Assembly: GCA_963666055.2 (NCBI GenBank)
Contig: CAXWPH010000015.1
Span: 1,888,001-1,952,000, forward strand
DNA from: Acidobacteriota bacterium
GTDB lineage: Bacteria > Acidobacteriota > UBA890 > WLXD01
Length of the DNA: 64,000 nucleotides
Direction of reading: 5' to 3'
A model generated the notes under the pieces. That model made no database searches. It saw nothing but the letters and a program-made list of their open reading frames with translations, and was not told the origin of the DNA. The translations under genes were made by a program, and so were the position numbers. This document shows positions 9,314 to 19,734 of the stretch, one piece after another (the stretch's first letter is position 1; every line of letters begins with the position of its first letter).

Positions 9314-10678
9314 ATGAGCACTCATCCTGTGGTCACCGTCGTCGGCGGCGGCATGGCGGGGTCCGAGGCCGCCTGGCAGCTAGCTCTACGCGGCATCGGC
9401 GTACGCTTGCACGAGATGCGGCCCGGACGGTCGACGCCAGTGCACAAGAGCGAGTATCTCGCGGAAATGGTGTGCAGCAATTCCCTGCGGTCCGACGGGC
9501 TCGACAACGCCGTCGGTCTATTGCACGAGGAAATGCGCCGCCTGGGCTCGCTGTTCATGGCGGCCGCCGACCGCAACCGCGTGCCCGCCGGGAAGGCGCT
9601 GGCGGTCGATCGCTGGAAATTCGCCCAGGACATGACCGCCTCCCTGGAAGCAGCGAGCTCAGTAGAGATTATTCGCGAAGAGGTGCGCGAGATCCCCGAG
9701 GGACCGACGATCATAGCCACCGGCCCGCTGACATCGGAGGCCCTCAGCAAGTCGATAGAACGCTTCGCGGGCAGCGAGGATCTCTACTTCTACGACGCAG
9801 TATCACCCATCGTGCGCGCCGATTCCGTGGACACCGAACGGGCGTTTCTGGCCAGCCGCTACGACAAGGGTGGAGCCGACTACCTCAATTGCCCAATGAC
9901 CGAAGAGGAGTTCGATTGCTTCTATGAGGCTCTGATGGACGCTGATCTCGCCGAGTTACAGGCATTCGAGGAGGGGCTCTTCTTCGAAGGCTGCCTACCG
10001 ATCGAGGAACAGGGGCGGCGCGGCCGCAAGACGCTTCTGTTCGGCCCGATGAAACCGGTGGGGCTCATCGACCCGCGTACCGGGCGGCGCCCGTTCACTG
10101 TAGTCCAGCTTCGACAGGATGACTTGGCCGCCCAGCATTACTCTCTGGTCGGCTTCCAGACGCGCATGAAATGGGGCGAACAGGACCGTGTGCTGCGCCT
10201 TATTCCGGCGCTCGAGAACGCCGAGTTCGTACGCTTCGGTGTGGTGCACCGCAACACCTACATCAACGCGCCCCGGACGCTGGCCGAGACACTGCAAACG
10301 CGCGCCCGTGGTGACCTGTTCTTCGCCGGGCAGGTGGCAGGTACCGAGGGGTACGTCGAATCGGCGGCCGGTGGCCTGCTGGCGGGAATCTATTGCAGCA
10401 TGCTGCTGCTCGACGGCGAGATCGAGCCCGTACCCCGGAGCACGGCGCTGGGATCTTTGGCGTTTTATGTCAGCCACGCTAGCGCGGTAAACTATCAGCC
10501 GACGAACATAACCTTCGGCATCATGCCGGAGCTCGACGAGCCAACGCGTGGGCGCAGAAACCGTAAGCAGCGCCGTGAGGCACGCTCGCGCCGAGCGCTT
10601 GACGAGCTCGACAAGTGGATCAAGCGTGTCAGCGGCCGTTTGCGACTGTCGGCGGCCGCGCAGCAAGCTATCCACTGA
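9314..10678 (+). CDS. trmFO: folate/FAD-dependent tRNA (uracil-5-)-methyltransferase TrmFO (Gid)
   Basis: VVGGGMAGSEAAW, EMVCSNS, FEGCLPIE, GPMKPVGL, HRNTYI, AGQVAGTEGYVES. Confidence 0.97.
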   Translation: MSTHPVVTVVGGGMAGSEAAWQLALRGIGVRLHEMRPGRSTPVHKSEYLAEMVCSNSLRSDGLDNAVGLLHEEMRRLGSLFMAAADRNRVPAGKALAVDRWKFAQDMTASLEAASSVEIIREEVREIPEGPTIIATGPLTSEALSKSIERFAGSEDLYFYDAVSPIVRADSVDTERAFLASRYDKGGADYLNCPMTEEEFDCFYEALMDADLAELQAFEEGLFFEGCLPIEEQGRRGRKTLLFGPMKPVGLIDPRTGRRPFTVVQLRQDDLAAQHYSLVGFQTRMKWGEQDRVLRLIPALENAEFVRFGVVHRNTYINAPRTLAETLQTRARGDLFFAGQVAGTEGYVESAAGGLLAGIYCSMLLLDGEIEPVPRSTALGSLAFYVSHASAVNYQPTNITFGIMPELDEPTRGRRNRKQRREARSRRALDELDKWIKRVSGRLRLSAAAQQAIH

Positions 10679-10683
10679 CGAGG

Positions 10684-11292
10684 ATGACGATGTCCACGAC
10701 CGTCCGCCCAGCCGTACTCATCTTCGCGGTGGGGGCGCTAGCGTTCTCTTTGGGGTATGTGGCCTTTCCGCACTCCGAGGACGAGCACTATCCAGGCTTC
10801 GCGAGCGACCTTTCCGGCCTGACACTGGATCCAGGCACTACCGCACCGGCGTTCGTCGTCAACTATCTTGATGGCTCTCCGCTGGCGTCGACTGACCTCA
10901 AGGGTAAGATCGTCGTAGTCGATTTCTGGGCGACCTGGTGCGCTCCCTGTCTGACCGAGATACCGCATTACAACAGCCTGCACGAGGAGTACGCGAACAG
11001 GGGCGTGGAAATGCTCGGCATCACCCTGCAATCCGGAAGCCAGGAGCAGGTGGGCGAGTGGATCTCCCGACCGGTCCGCGTCGGCACACAGGAATTCTCG
11101 CTCGACTACCCCGTAGTAATGGGCAACTCGGACGTCGAGGCGGCGTGGGGTCCGATTTACGGATTCCCGATGACCTATCTAGTCGACTCCGAGTGGAAGA
11201 TCCGCAAGAAATGGCTGGGGGCGGTGGCCAACAAGAGCGAGCAGCTCCGGTATCTGATCGACGAACTCATCGCTGAGCGCGCCGACGGTTAG
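10684..11292 (+). CDS. TlpA/ResA-family membrane-anchored thiol:disulfide oxidoreductase
   Basis: N-terminal TM helix; LKGKIVVVDFWATWCAPC; GFPMTYLVD. Confidence 0.92.
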   Translation: MTMSTTVRPAVLIFAVGALAFSLGYVAFPHSEDEHYPGFASDLSGLTLDPGTTAPAFVVNYLDGSPLASTDLKGKIVVVDFWATWCAPCLTEIPHYNSLHEEYANRGVEMLGITLQSGSQEQVGEWISRPVRVGTQEFSLDYPVVMGNSDVEAAWGPIYGFPMTYLVDSEWKIRKKWLGAVANKSEQLRYLIDELIAERADG

Positions 11293-11370
11293 GCAGCGCA
11301 TGCCGGAGCAGGGTCGTATGGTGCAGTCGACCGCAACGGCGGCTGACCTGCCTGCGCCGCAGGATGACAC

Positions 11371-12408
11371 GTGACCAGCGCGTGTCTGCGTGGCCGCGAT
11401 GCGTTCCTTCAGGCGCTGCACCTGGAAGACGCGGCCTCCGAACACACGCTGCGAGCCTATCGGACCGACCTCGACCAGCTCGCCGCTTTCCTATTGGCTT
11501 GGGAATCGGGCAAGGAAGCCGACTACCGTGGCAATGTGACCGGCAGGCAGCAGGCGGGCGAGGGTCGCCGCGTGTCCGCAGCCGCGATTACCGCTGCATC
11601 GGTACGCGCCTGGGCCGCCCGCATGCACGAGGCGCGTCTGTCGCCGGTTACCGTCGGACGGAAGCTGGCAGCGGTCCGCTCCTTCGCCAGCTACCTGTGC
11701 CGCGAGGGACTTCTGACCACGAATCCGGCGCGCCTGGTGCACAACCCCAAGGTGGCTCAACGATCGCCCGCCTTCCTCACCGAGGGCGAAGTCACCAAAT
11801 TGCTCGAGTTCGATGACGATTCAGCGCTCGGCACACGCGACCGCGCCGCGCTGGAGTTGCTCTACGCGACCGGCCTACGAGTGAGCGAGCTGGCCGGGCT
11901 CGCGGCCGAGGATGTGGACGTGGCGGGACGCTCTCTGCGCGTCATCGGCAAAGGCGACAAGGAGCGTATCGTTCCGTTCGGCAAACCGGCGGCAGCCGCT
12001 CTGCGCGCCTGGTTGCCGATTCGCCAGCAGTGGCTCGACCACCCGCCGAAGCGGGCGCGGGAGTCGGCCAAGGTGCGCGCCGACGCCATGCGGGCTTTGC
12101 TATTGAGTCAACGCGGACGGCGCATCGACCCTGCCGCGTTGCGGCGGCTGCTAGCCCGCCGACTAGAGGAAGCCGCCCTGACGAAACGTGTTACCCCCCA
12201 CGCCTTGCGACACTCGTTCGCGACCCATTTGCTGAACGCCGGCGCCGACCTGCGGGCCATCCAAGAGCTCTTGGGCCACGCCTCCCTCGCCTCTACACAG
12301 CGGTACACGCATTTGTCGACCCGTCAGCTACAAGACGTCTACAGGGGCTCGCACCCGCGTGCCCGGCGACGCGACCCTAACGCTCGACAGGCCCGCACGG
12401 GACACTAG
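11371..12408 (+). CDS. xerC: tyrosine recombinase XerC
   Basis: [68 protein letters not shown]; canonical position before hslVU. Confidence 0.93.
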   Translation: MTSACLRGRDAFLQALHLEDAASEHTLRAYRTDLDQLAAFLLAWESGKEADYRGNVTGRQQAGEGRRVSAAAITAASVRAWAARMHEARLSPVTVGRKLAAVRSFASYLCREGLLTTNPARLVHNPKVAQRSPAFLTEGEVTKLLEFDDDSALGTRDRAALELLYATGLRVSELAGLAAEDVDVAGRSLRVIGKGDKERIVPFGKPAAAALRAWLPIRQQWLDHPPKRARESAKVRADAMRALLLSQRGRRIDPAALRRLLARRLEEAALTKRVTPHALRHSFATHLLNAGADLRAIQELLGHASLASTQRYTHLSTRQLQDVYRGSHPRARRRDPNARQARTGH

Positions 12409-12475
12409 CAGGGCCTGGTGGATGTGTAGCGGCGAGACACGGGAGCGGACCCGCAGCCCCAGCCGCGCCTTGCTA
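12406..12475. repeat. degenerate copy of dispersed TAGCAGGCC repeat with imperfect inverted ends
   Basis: 12406-12430 matches the 53323-53347 copy at 21/25; TAGCAGGGC (12406-12414) pairs 8/9 with GCCTTGCTA (12467-12475). Confidence 0.55.
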
Positions 12476-12479
12476 CAAT
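12471..12479 (+). promoter_or_regulatory. extended -10 (TGcTACAAT) probably giving a leaderless hslV transcript
   Basis: TACAAT ends 6 nt before the ATG at 12486; no Shine-Dalgarno sequence in between. Confidence 0.6.
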
Positions 12480-12485
12480 CGACCC

Positions 12486-13031
12486 ATGACGAGTCGGTTC
12501 CACAGCACCACGATCTGCTGCGTACGGCGCGATGCCCAGGTGGCGATGGGCGGTGATGGTCAAGTGACGCTCGAGCATACGATCATGAAGGCGGGCGCCC
12601 GAAAGGTTCGCCGCATGTACAACGACACGGTGCTGGCAGGCTTCGCCGGCTCGGCCGCCGACAGCCTGGCGCTGTTCACCCGATTCGAGGTGAAGCTCGA
12701 GAGCTTCAATGGGAACCTGCGACGCGCCGCCGTGGAGCTGAGCAGCGACTGGAGAACCGAAAAGAGTCTCCGGCATCTTCAGGCACTGCTGGTCGTCGCC
12801 GACGCCGAGACATCGATCCTCTTGTCCGGTACTGGCGACGTCATCGAACCCGATGACGGAATCCTGGTGATCGGCTCGGGTGGCCCGGTGGCTCTCGCCG
12901 CCGCCCGCGCGCTTGTCGCCCACACCGAGTTCGACTCCGAGGCTGTCGTACGAGAGGCGTTGTTGATCGCGGCGAGCATCGACATCTACACCAACGAGAA
13001 TATTCGGATCGAAGTGCTGGGGGCACGATGA
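12486..13031 (+). CDS. hslV: ATP-dependent protease peptidase subunit HslV
   Basis: HSTTI N-terminus, [35 protein letters not shown]. Confidence 0.98.
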   Translation: MTSRFHSTTICCVRRDAQVAMGGDGQVTLEHTIMKAGARKVRRMYNDTVLAGFAGSAADSLALFTRFEVKLESFNGNLRRAAVELSSDWRTEKSLRHLQALLVVADAETSILLSGTGDVIEPDDGILVIGSGGPVALAAARALVAHTEFDSEAVVREALLIAASIDIYTNENIRIEVLGAR

Positions 13032-13086
13032 TGACGCAGCACCGCAATGCCGAACCAGCCGGGTCGCGGGCGAGCTTCCGGTAGAC

Positions 13087-14484
13087 ATGGTTATTTCACT
13101 GCCCGAGAAGCTCGAGCCCAATGCCGGCGGCGTCGACGAGCTCACGCCGAGACAGATTGTGGAGCTGCTCGACAGGTATGTCGTCGGACAGCGAGCCGCC
13201 AAACGGGCGGTGGCCATTGCCATCCGCAATCGCTTCCGTCGGTTGCAGCTGCCAGCCGATCTCGCCGACGAGGTGGCACCCAAGAACATCCTCATGATCG
13301 GCCCGACCGGCGTTGGCAAGACCGAGATATCCAGGCGGCTGTCGCGACTGACCGGCTCGCCGTTTCTCAAAGTCGAAGCGACCAAGTTCACCGAAGTCGG
13401 CTATGTCGGGCGCGACGTCGAATCGATGGTACGAGACCTGCTCGACATAGCCATCGCGATGGTGCGCCGGGAGCATGCGGTGGAGGTCGAAGCCCAGGGG
13501 CGGCGGCAAGCCGAAGACCGTTTGCTCGACGTGCTACTGCCGCCGGCACCAATCGCACGGCCGGCGGGCGAAGAAACCGACACCGACGCAACGCGACGCG
13601 CCACGCGGGAGAAAATTCGTGCCCAGCTACTCGCTGGCGCCCTCGACGACCGCATGGTGGAGGTGGACGTTCCCGACAACCGCGCGCCGTCGTTCCAGGT
13701 ATTCACCGGCCAGGGTAGCGACACGATGGACATCAGTCTGAAAGACATGTTGCCGGGCATGTTCGCTGGTGGGCGTGGCGCCACCAAGCAGCGTCGTATG
13801 TCGGTACCCGAGGCACTGGAGCACCTCACTCGAGAGGCCGCCGACGCGCTCATCGACGAAGATGAAGTAGTTCGCGAGGCGCTCCAGAGGACCGAGTCGT
13901 CGGGCATCATCTTTCTCGACGAGATCGACAAGATCGCCGGTCGGGAGGGATCGCGAGGCCCGGACGTGTCTCGCGAGGGAGTGCAGCGGGACATCCTGCC
14001 GATCGTCGAGGGCACGGCGGTGAAGACCCGCAACGGCATGGTCCGCACCGATCACATCCTCTTCCTTGCCGCCGGCGCGTTTCACGTCTCCAAGCCGAGC
14101 GATCTCATCCCTGAGCTGCAAGGCCGTTTTCCGCTGCGGGTGGAGCTCGACGCGCTCGGCCGTGACGATCTGGTACGCATACTTACCGAGCCAGAGAACT
14201 CGCTCGTGCGGCAATACTGTGCGTTGCTCGAAACCGAGGGGGTGCACGTCGAGTTCACCGACGACGCGATCGAGGCCATCGCCGAACTAGCGGAGACGGT
14301 TAACGAGCGCACCGAGAACATCGGCGCGCGCCGGCTGCACACGATGATGGAACGGGTGGTGGAGGAGTTGTCGTTCGAAGCACCTGAGCGAAGCGGCGAA
14401 TCGATAACGATCGACGCTGCATATGTGCATGACGCGCTCGCCGATATCGTCCAGGACGAAGACTTGTCGAAGTACATTCTGTGA
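13087..14484 (+). CDS. hslU: ATP-dependent protease ATPase subunit HslU
   Basis: [60 protein letters not shown]. Confidence 0.98.
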   Translation: MVISLPEKLEPNAGGVDELTPRQIVELLDRYVVGQRAAKRAVAIAIRNRFRRLQLPADLADEVAPKNILMIGPTGVGKTEISRRLSRLTGSPFLKVEATKFTEVGYVGRDVESMVRDLLDIAIAMVRREHAVEVEAQGRRQAEDRLLDVLLPPAPIARPAGEETDTDATRRATREKIRAQLLAGALDDRMVEVDVPDNRAPSFQVFTGQGSDTMDISLKDMLPGMFAGGRGATKQRRMSVPEALEHLTREAADALIDEDEVVREALQRTESSGIIFLDEIDKIAGREGSRGPDVSREGVQRDILPIVEGTAVKTRNGMVRTDHILFLAAGAFHVSKPSDLIPELQGRFPLRVELDALGRDDLVRILTEPENSLVRQYCALLETEGVHVEFTDDAIEAIAELAETVNERTENIGARRLHTMMERVVEELSFEAPERSGESITIDAAYVHDALADIVQDEDLSKYIL

Positions 14485-16706
14485 AAAGTCGCGGCGCCCT
14501 GGCCAGCGCACTCACCATTCTCGCTGCGGGCTGCGGCGCGCGAGGGGCACCCCTGCCACCCCTGCGGATAGTACCGCCGGCACTGCCCAGCGCCGAAGTC
14601 GCCCAGCTCGGAACACGCGCGCTGGTGCGATTCCTGCCCATCGCCGACACCATCGACATGGGCAACGAAAACGAGATAGCGATCGCTCGCGCCGAGCTCC
14701 TCATGCTCACCGAGCGCTATCCGGCTCTCACCGCATCGATCTTGGCACAGGGGCTCGATCGCGAGCGTGCGGCGCGTCTAGAGCTGGCGCGTCGTGCCGT
14801 CGCACTGGCAACCGAGAGCGCCGAAGCACGTCGCCAGGCGGAAGAACGACGCGCTGCTGAGGCGGCGGCAGAAGCAGCCGGCATCGTGCTTCCGCCTGAA
14901 GAAGTAAGCGCGCCCGAGGAGGAGCCGGCCGAAGAAGAAGAGCTCATCACCGAGGAACAGCGTTTGCTCAACCGGCTGCCCGGCAACACATTGCGCCAAT
15001 GGCGCGAGGCCGGCCTCGAGGGCAATATTCTCGTGGAGGCGGCGCGGTGGTTCGACGAAGCGGTCGACGAGCTCTGGGATCTGCTCGGCATGCCAACCGC
15101 AATCTTTGATACGCGCCGGCCGCCGCAGCTACCGCTGCCGTCGTTGATCGTCGAGAAGGCCGCCCAGCTGGCGCGTACGCACCCATATGAAGGAAGCCTC
15201 GAGGTTGCCGATTTCTTAACCCGCGCCGCGGTCGTTGCAACGATTCCGTTCGAGGACATCAACGACTACATGGTCGACGGGAGCGTGCGCATCGACTACA
15301 ACATCGGTACATCATCAAGCGGGCCCGTACGCACGCGATACTACTTCGCCGCGCGTGCTGTCGACACCGAGGGTAACGAGGGTAGGATCGACAGAATCAT
15401 GGCGCTCGCCCCGGGCGGTGTGCCGCTAGCCCCGGCCGATCTGGAGGTCGAGGTTACGCCCGCCGGAGCTCGGCTCAACTGGACGGCGCCGGCCGGTGAT
15501 GTATGGGGCGATCTCATCGACTCCGATGCGATCAGCTACAACATCTACCGCCGCGTCGTCGACTCGGACATCGTCTCCGTAACACCGATCAACTATGCAC
15601 CGGTTACCGACACCGAGTACCTCGACAGCACCATGTCGTGGGGCGACCGTTACCGCTATGAGGTGCGTGCAGTAGCGGCGCCACCGACCAGCGGCGACAC
15701 GCCCCGGCTGGTCGAACCTGAACCGCCCCAGGGGGTGATGGTTGATCCGGCCAACCCGACGTTGCTGGTGGCGCCGATAGAGCCGACGGGCCCCACCAAG
15801 GAGAGCAGCGGCGCGCTGACGCCACCGGTGTACGTGGTAGACGACTTCAAGCCCGACAAACCATTGGCCTTACGGGCCGTTCGAGCCGCAACGCGAATCA
15901 CGTTGCGCTGGACCGCCTCTCCTGCGACCGACCTGGTTGGTTATCGTGTGTACCGTCGCCACCTGGTAGACGATCCGTGTGACCCCAGGTACCTGCCGGA
16001 CGATGACTCTCCCGCCACCGACGACGAGGCCGACGAGGAGTCCGACGACGACAGTGACGAACCCGACTGCCTGGATACGGACTTCTCGGAAGTTGCAGAC
16101 GGGGAGGCCGCGGAAGACGACATCGACCGCGTCGAAGGCGCACCTAACGACGCCGGTACGAGCGACGAACTGCCCGAAGAAGAAGAAGACGGGGCAGGAG
16201 ACAACCTCGTTGTAGGGGACAACAGCGCGGATGAGGCGAGCGACAACACGACGGGCGACAACGCCGACGGTGACGATGCGGTTGGCGAAGCCGAGGGTGA
16301 CCAACCGAGCGACGACGCAGAGGGCGGCGCAGATGACAACGACGCAGAGCACGGCGACGCAGAGGACAGCGACGCAGAGGACAGCGAGGCAGAAGACGGC
16401 GACGCAGAGGACGGCGACGCAGATGACAGCGAGACAGATACCGATGAATCGGGCGGCGAAAGTGCCGAGACCAAGCCCGACGATGATGACGAGCCCGCCG
16501 GCCGGCGTCGACGCCGCAACGAACTCGTTGCCGGCGGCTGGGAGATGCTGACCGCCGTGGTGATAAGCGAGCTGCGCTACACGGATCCCACCGCATCCAA
16601 TGACACGGCTTGGGAATTCGCCGTCGAGGCGATCGATGATGCCGGCAATGTCAGCGAGCCGGGCACTATCAAGGTCCGTCTCGAGAACGAAGTCGAAGAA
16701 CAATGA
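14481..16706 (+). CDS. large lipoprotein with LptM-like N-terminus, fibronectin type III domains and acidic disordered insert
   Basis: Lipobox LAAG-C then [10 protein letters not shown]; FN3 motifs ([21 protein letters not shown]; [29 protein letters not shown]); 4-nt overlaps with hslU and dapF. Confidence 0.85.
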   Translation: MKSRGALASALTILAAGCGARGAPLPPLRIVPPALPSAEVAQLGTRALVRFLPIADTIDMGNENEIAIARAELLMLTERYPALTASILAQGLDRERAARLELARRAVALATESAEARRQAEERRAAEAAAEAAGIVLPPEEVSAPEEEPAEEEELITEEQRLLNRLPGNTLRQWREAGLEGNILVEAARWFDEAVDELWDLLGMPTAIFDTRRPPQLPLPSLIVEKAAQLARTHPYEGSLEVADFLTRAAVVATIPFEDINDYMVDGSVRIDYNIGTSSSGPVRTRYYFAARAVDTEGNEGRIDRIMALAPGGVPLAPADLEVEVTPAGARLNWTAPAGDVWGDLIDSDAISYNIYRRVVDSDIVSVTPINYAPVTDTEYLDSTMSWGDRYRYEVRAVAAPPTSGDTPRLVEPEPPQGVMVDPANPTLLVAPIEPTGPTKESSGALTPPVYVVDDFKPDKPLALRAVRAATRITLRWTASPATDLVGYRVYRRHLVDDPCDPRYLPDDDSPATDDEADEESDDDSDEPDCLDTDFSEVADGEAAEDDIDRVEGAPNDAGTSDELPEEEEDGAGDNLVVGDNSADEASDNTTGDNADGDDAVGEAEGDQPSDDAEGGADDNDAEHGDAEDSDAEDSEAEDGDAEDGDADDSETDTDESGGESAETKPDDDDEPAGRRRRRNELVAGGWEMLTAVVISELRYTDPTASNDTAWEFAVEAIDDAGNVSEPGTIKVRLENEVEEQ
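16326..16430 (+). repeat. in-frame 15-bp tandem repeat, 7 units (consensus GACGCAGAGGACRGC, DAEDS/G)
   Basis: Units read directly at 16326, 16341, 16356, 16371, 16386, 16401 and 16416. Confidence 0.9.
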
Positions 16707-17758
16707 GCGCGGCGCGCCATCAGCCGCTCGAGTTCAGTCACTACTCCGGCGCGGGGAACGATTTCATCGTGCTGGACGAGCGTCACGGAGCATCGTCGAC
16801 ACGCGCATCAACGCACGCCAAGGCGCTGTGCCGCCGCGGGGTTTCGGTGGGTGCCGACGGGCTGATCCTGATCGACGTGAACAACCTGGACGCCGGAGTC
16901 TCAGGACGTATGCGGCTATGGAACGCCGACGGAACATCGGCGGAGTTCTCGGGTAATGCGGCGCGCTGTGCGGTGCGCTATCTCGTCGACGAAGGGCTCG
17001 CAGCCGGCCCGGTGCGACTGCAAACCGGGATCGGCGTGGTCAACGGCTATGTCGATGGCACCAATGTACGCGTCGACGTGCCGGGGACGGCCGCAGTCTG
17101 GCCTCAACGTCGCATCCGCGTCGAAGGTCGGGATCTCGTCGGAACATACGTCCAGATCGGCGTTCCGTTCTTCGTGCTGATGCATGAGGATCCGGACGAG
17201 CTGCCGGTGCGCTACCTCGGTCGCGCCATACGCAATCATCCAGACCTGAAGCCCGCCGGTGCCAACGTCGATTTCGTTCGCGTCGACGATGAGCAAAACC
17301 TCTACTTTCGCGTCTACGAGCGCGGCGTCGAGGCCGAGACATTGAGCTCGGGTACTGGCAGCATTGCCGCTGCGCTCGCCGCGGCGGCTGCGCATCGCGC
17401 CGCTTCGCCGATCGCCTGCCACACGCGCGGCGGCACGCTCACGGTACGGTTTCATGCCGTCACCGCAGCAGTTACCGAGGAGGCCTCGTCCGCGCCGGAG
17501 GCCGATACACGCGCCGCCACCGACACAACAACAGAGGCCGTGCCTGAGGTGCCAGGTGACCAACAAACCGGCGCGGCCAAGAACGACGAGTCGCCAGCGA
17601 CGACGGAGCCGCCGTCAACAACTGAACGGCTCGATGCTCCCGATCTGCCTCGCGTGGCGGAGGGGTCGCCGTTGCGGTTCACCCACATCGAGGTCGAGGG
17701 CGACACACGCCAGGTCATGCGCGGGACCGCGTTTGCCGACGCGCTGCGACTGGAGTAG
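16703..17758 (+). CDS. dapF: diaminopimelate epimerase-family protein (Ser/Ser active site)
   Basis: YSGAGNDF, GADGLI, NADG, GANVDFV, RVYERGVEAETLSSGTG; catalytic Cys positions are Ser. Confidence 0.88.
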   Translation: MSAARHQPLEFSHYSGAGNDFIVLDERHGASSTRASTHAKALCRRGVSVGADGLILIDVNNLDAGVSGRMRLWNADGTSAEFSGNAARCAVRYLVDEGLAAGPVRLQTGIGVVNGYVDGTNVRVDVPGTAAVWPQRRIRVEGRDLVGTYVQIGVPFFVLMHEDPDELPVRYLGRAIRNHPDLKPAGANVDFVRVDDEQNLYFRVYERGVEAETLSSGTGSIAAALAAAAAHRAASPIACHTRGGTLTVRFHAVTAAVTEEASSAPEADTRAATDTTTEAVPEVPGDQQTGAAKNDESPATTEPPSTTERLDAPDLPRVAEGSPLRFTHIEVEGDTRQVMRGTAFADALRLE

Positions 17759-17916
17759 GGCTCAGGGGCCGTTCTGATGCCGACGTTCGAGCGCGTTGCG
17801 CAGCGGCACAGCACAACCAGGGTTCCGAGCGCTGCCGTATAGACCGCGACCATTCCCCACCACCATGCACTCGTTGTTCGAGACATCATTCGAGGTTTGC
17901 GCGGCTATGCTCGGCC

Positions 17917-19734
17917 TCACGGCAACACCGACACCCCCCCCTCATTCGTGGGCAACAAGCATCGAGGCACTGGCAGATCCGCGTCCTCGGCCTGTTCCGT
18001 CCAGGCGATGAGCCGACCGGACAGATCGAACGTCGCCGATCGGTCATCCCAATCCCAGCGCCTGACACCGCTATCGTGGCGCATCGAGGGCTCCCCCCAG
18101 GCAACCAGGACGTTGCGGTCATCCATCTCGAAGTCGAGCTCTGCTGCCAGGATCATGCGGCGTAACTCCTCTTCCAGTTGCTCGCCGGCGAGCGAGCGCC
18201 ACACCCTCGAGAGTTCAGATGGGGGCTTGGCGCTGATTGCCAGCGGGGCGCGCGTATAGCGTGGGGTCGGCGCGTACAGATCGACGCGCACCCTTCGCAA
18301 CATCACCGGCGCCGGCAACAGAGCCTTCGGCCAGTCCGCCGGGGCCAGCGTCACGCGCTCGAATATCGCGCGGCCGGCCTCCCCAACTGCGATGCTTCGA
18401 TCTGTTGACAAGAGACGCACGGTGATCTCCTCGGCGTCGTCGGGAATGGTCACCACGAGGCTCGCCGTTCCGGGTAGGGCGCCCACTGTCCCGCTCCCGG
18501 CCTCGTGTAGCTCGCCGGCCTCGATCTCGAAACCAACGGTGACTGTCGAGGTGGTGCCGTCGAGCGCGGGGGCGGCCCTGGCCACTACGTCGAGCCTGAG
18601 CTCGCGGCCACGTAGCCGCCGGCTCATGGCCACCGGGAGCCGCTGCTCGAGGTACACGGCCTGGCGCCGATCGTTGTCCTGGAGGAACACTCCCGTCGGC
18701 AGCGCTGAGGGTACTGCGCGCCGCGGCAAAACGTTCTCGTCGGTCGCCGGCGGCCAGACGCGTGTGGTGAGATCGAACGAGCCGAGGAACCGGTCTTCCT
18801 CACGCCGAGCACCGGGAGCCAAGCGGCTCGGAGGAGGCGGGGGCAGGTCGACTCGGCCGGCCGCCAAGCCGCGAGGATTCAGGGCGCCTACCAGGCGCCA
18901 GCAAGGTAGGACAAACCCGGTTACCTCGGCGGGTAGGTTCGGATCTAACTGTAGCTGGCTGTTACCGAGTAGTCCGAGCACCGGCAACTTCGAGCGCAGC
19001 CGGCCGAGCGAATCCCAGCCATGCTCGCCACGGCGAAAGACAAGCGGCAAGATCGGTGTCACGTGCAGCGCTCCGAAGCTGGCCTCCTGAGGCCAAGGGC
19101 CCAGCGCTTCGCGGCCGCCGAGCAGGCTGACCACTTCGTCGACTACCCGCGACGGCACGGCCCAGGCCGGAACTGCCAAAGTCTCCCCGACATCGCGCAC
19201 TTCGCTGGCATCCAACTCCAAGGTGTTCTTCCACCATTCGCGCTCGACCGTGAGCGGCTGGCGCAACGACGCCAGGTACAGATCGAACGGCGACGACACA
19301 GCGACCTCCGATTCGAGCTCCGCGACCTCCGACTCCAGATCCTCGCTGACGCGCTCAGGGGGGCTTGCAGGCGCCGTGAATTCACCGAGCACGGAGATCG
19401 GCCCAACCCGCTCTTGCAACTCTTCGACGGTAGCCGCGACCACGTACCATCGCTGCCGTCGCGACCAGCTCTCCGGGTCGCCGACCATCTCCCACTCGCG
19501 CCCGAAGGTATCGGTCACCTCACCCAGGTACAGAAAGATCGTCCCGGCGTCGAAAGTGAACAGCTCGTCCTCGGTCACCTCGGCGATAGCACGCAGAGCG
19601 CCCGCCTCGAGCGCGATCGCATACATCGGATCCTCAATCGGCTCGCGTGTGCCCGGGGGCGGCGTCTGCGCGTGGCTCTCGGCCGCGATGAACGCGAGTA
19701 CGAGTGCGGTGCGCACCAACGGAATCCCCTTCAT
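17917..19734 (-). CDS. hypothetical secreted protein with C-terminal BamE/SmpA-like motif
   Basis: Start at ATG 19734 (ATGA overlap with the upstream stop); signal peptide ending SHA-Q; C-terminal EMDDRNVLVAWGEP..RWDW..ATFD..GRL. Confidence 0.65.
   Translation of the reverse strand: MKGIPLVRTALVLAFIAAESHAQTPPPGTREPIEDPMYAIALEAGALRAIAEVTEDELFTFDAGTIFLYLGEVTDTFGREWEMVGDPESWSRRQRWYVVAATVEELQERVGPISVLGEFTAPASPPERVSEDLESEVAELESEVAVSSPFDLYLASLRQPLTVEREWWKNTLELDASEVRDVGETLAVPAWAVPSRVVDEVVSLLGGREALGPWPQEASFGALHVTPILPLVFRRGEHGWDSLGRLRSKLPVLGLLGNSQLQLDPNLPAEVTGFVLPCWRLVGALNPRGLAAGRVDLPPPPPSRLAPGARREEDRFLGSFDLTTRVWPPATDENVLPRRAVPSALPTGVFLQDNDRRQAVYLEQRLPVAMSRRLRGRELRLDVVARAAPALDGTTSTVTVGFEIEAGELHEAGSGTVGALPGTASLVVTIPDDAEEITVRLLSTDRSIAVGEAGRAIFERVTLAPADWPKALLPAPVMLRRVRVDLYAPTPRYTRAPLAISAKPPSELSRVWRSLAGEQLEEELRRMILAAELDFEMDDRNVLVAWGEPSMRHDSGVRRWDWDDRSATFDLSGRLIAWTEQAEDADLPVPRCLLPTNEGGVSVLP

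Noticed and set aside
10684-11292. selenoprotein candidate
   Set aside because: CAPC is encoded with ordinary Cys codons; no in-frame TGA.
11371-12408. tyrosine recombinase as integrase of a mobile element
   Set aside because: XerC motifs and housekeeping context; no att sites, tRNA or cargo seen.
16326-16430. tandem repeat as CRISPR array
   Set aside because: 15-bp in-frame coding units without spacers; no cas genes.
17452-17889. 145-aa minus-strand ORF with hydrophobic start
   Set aside because: Mostly antisense to dapF; at best a short remnant, with no supporting motif.
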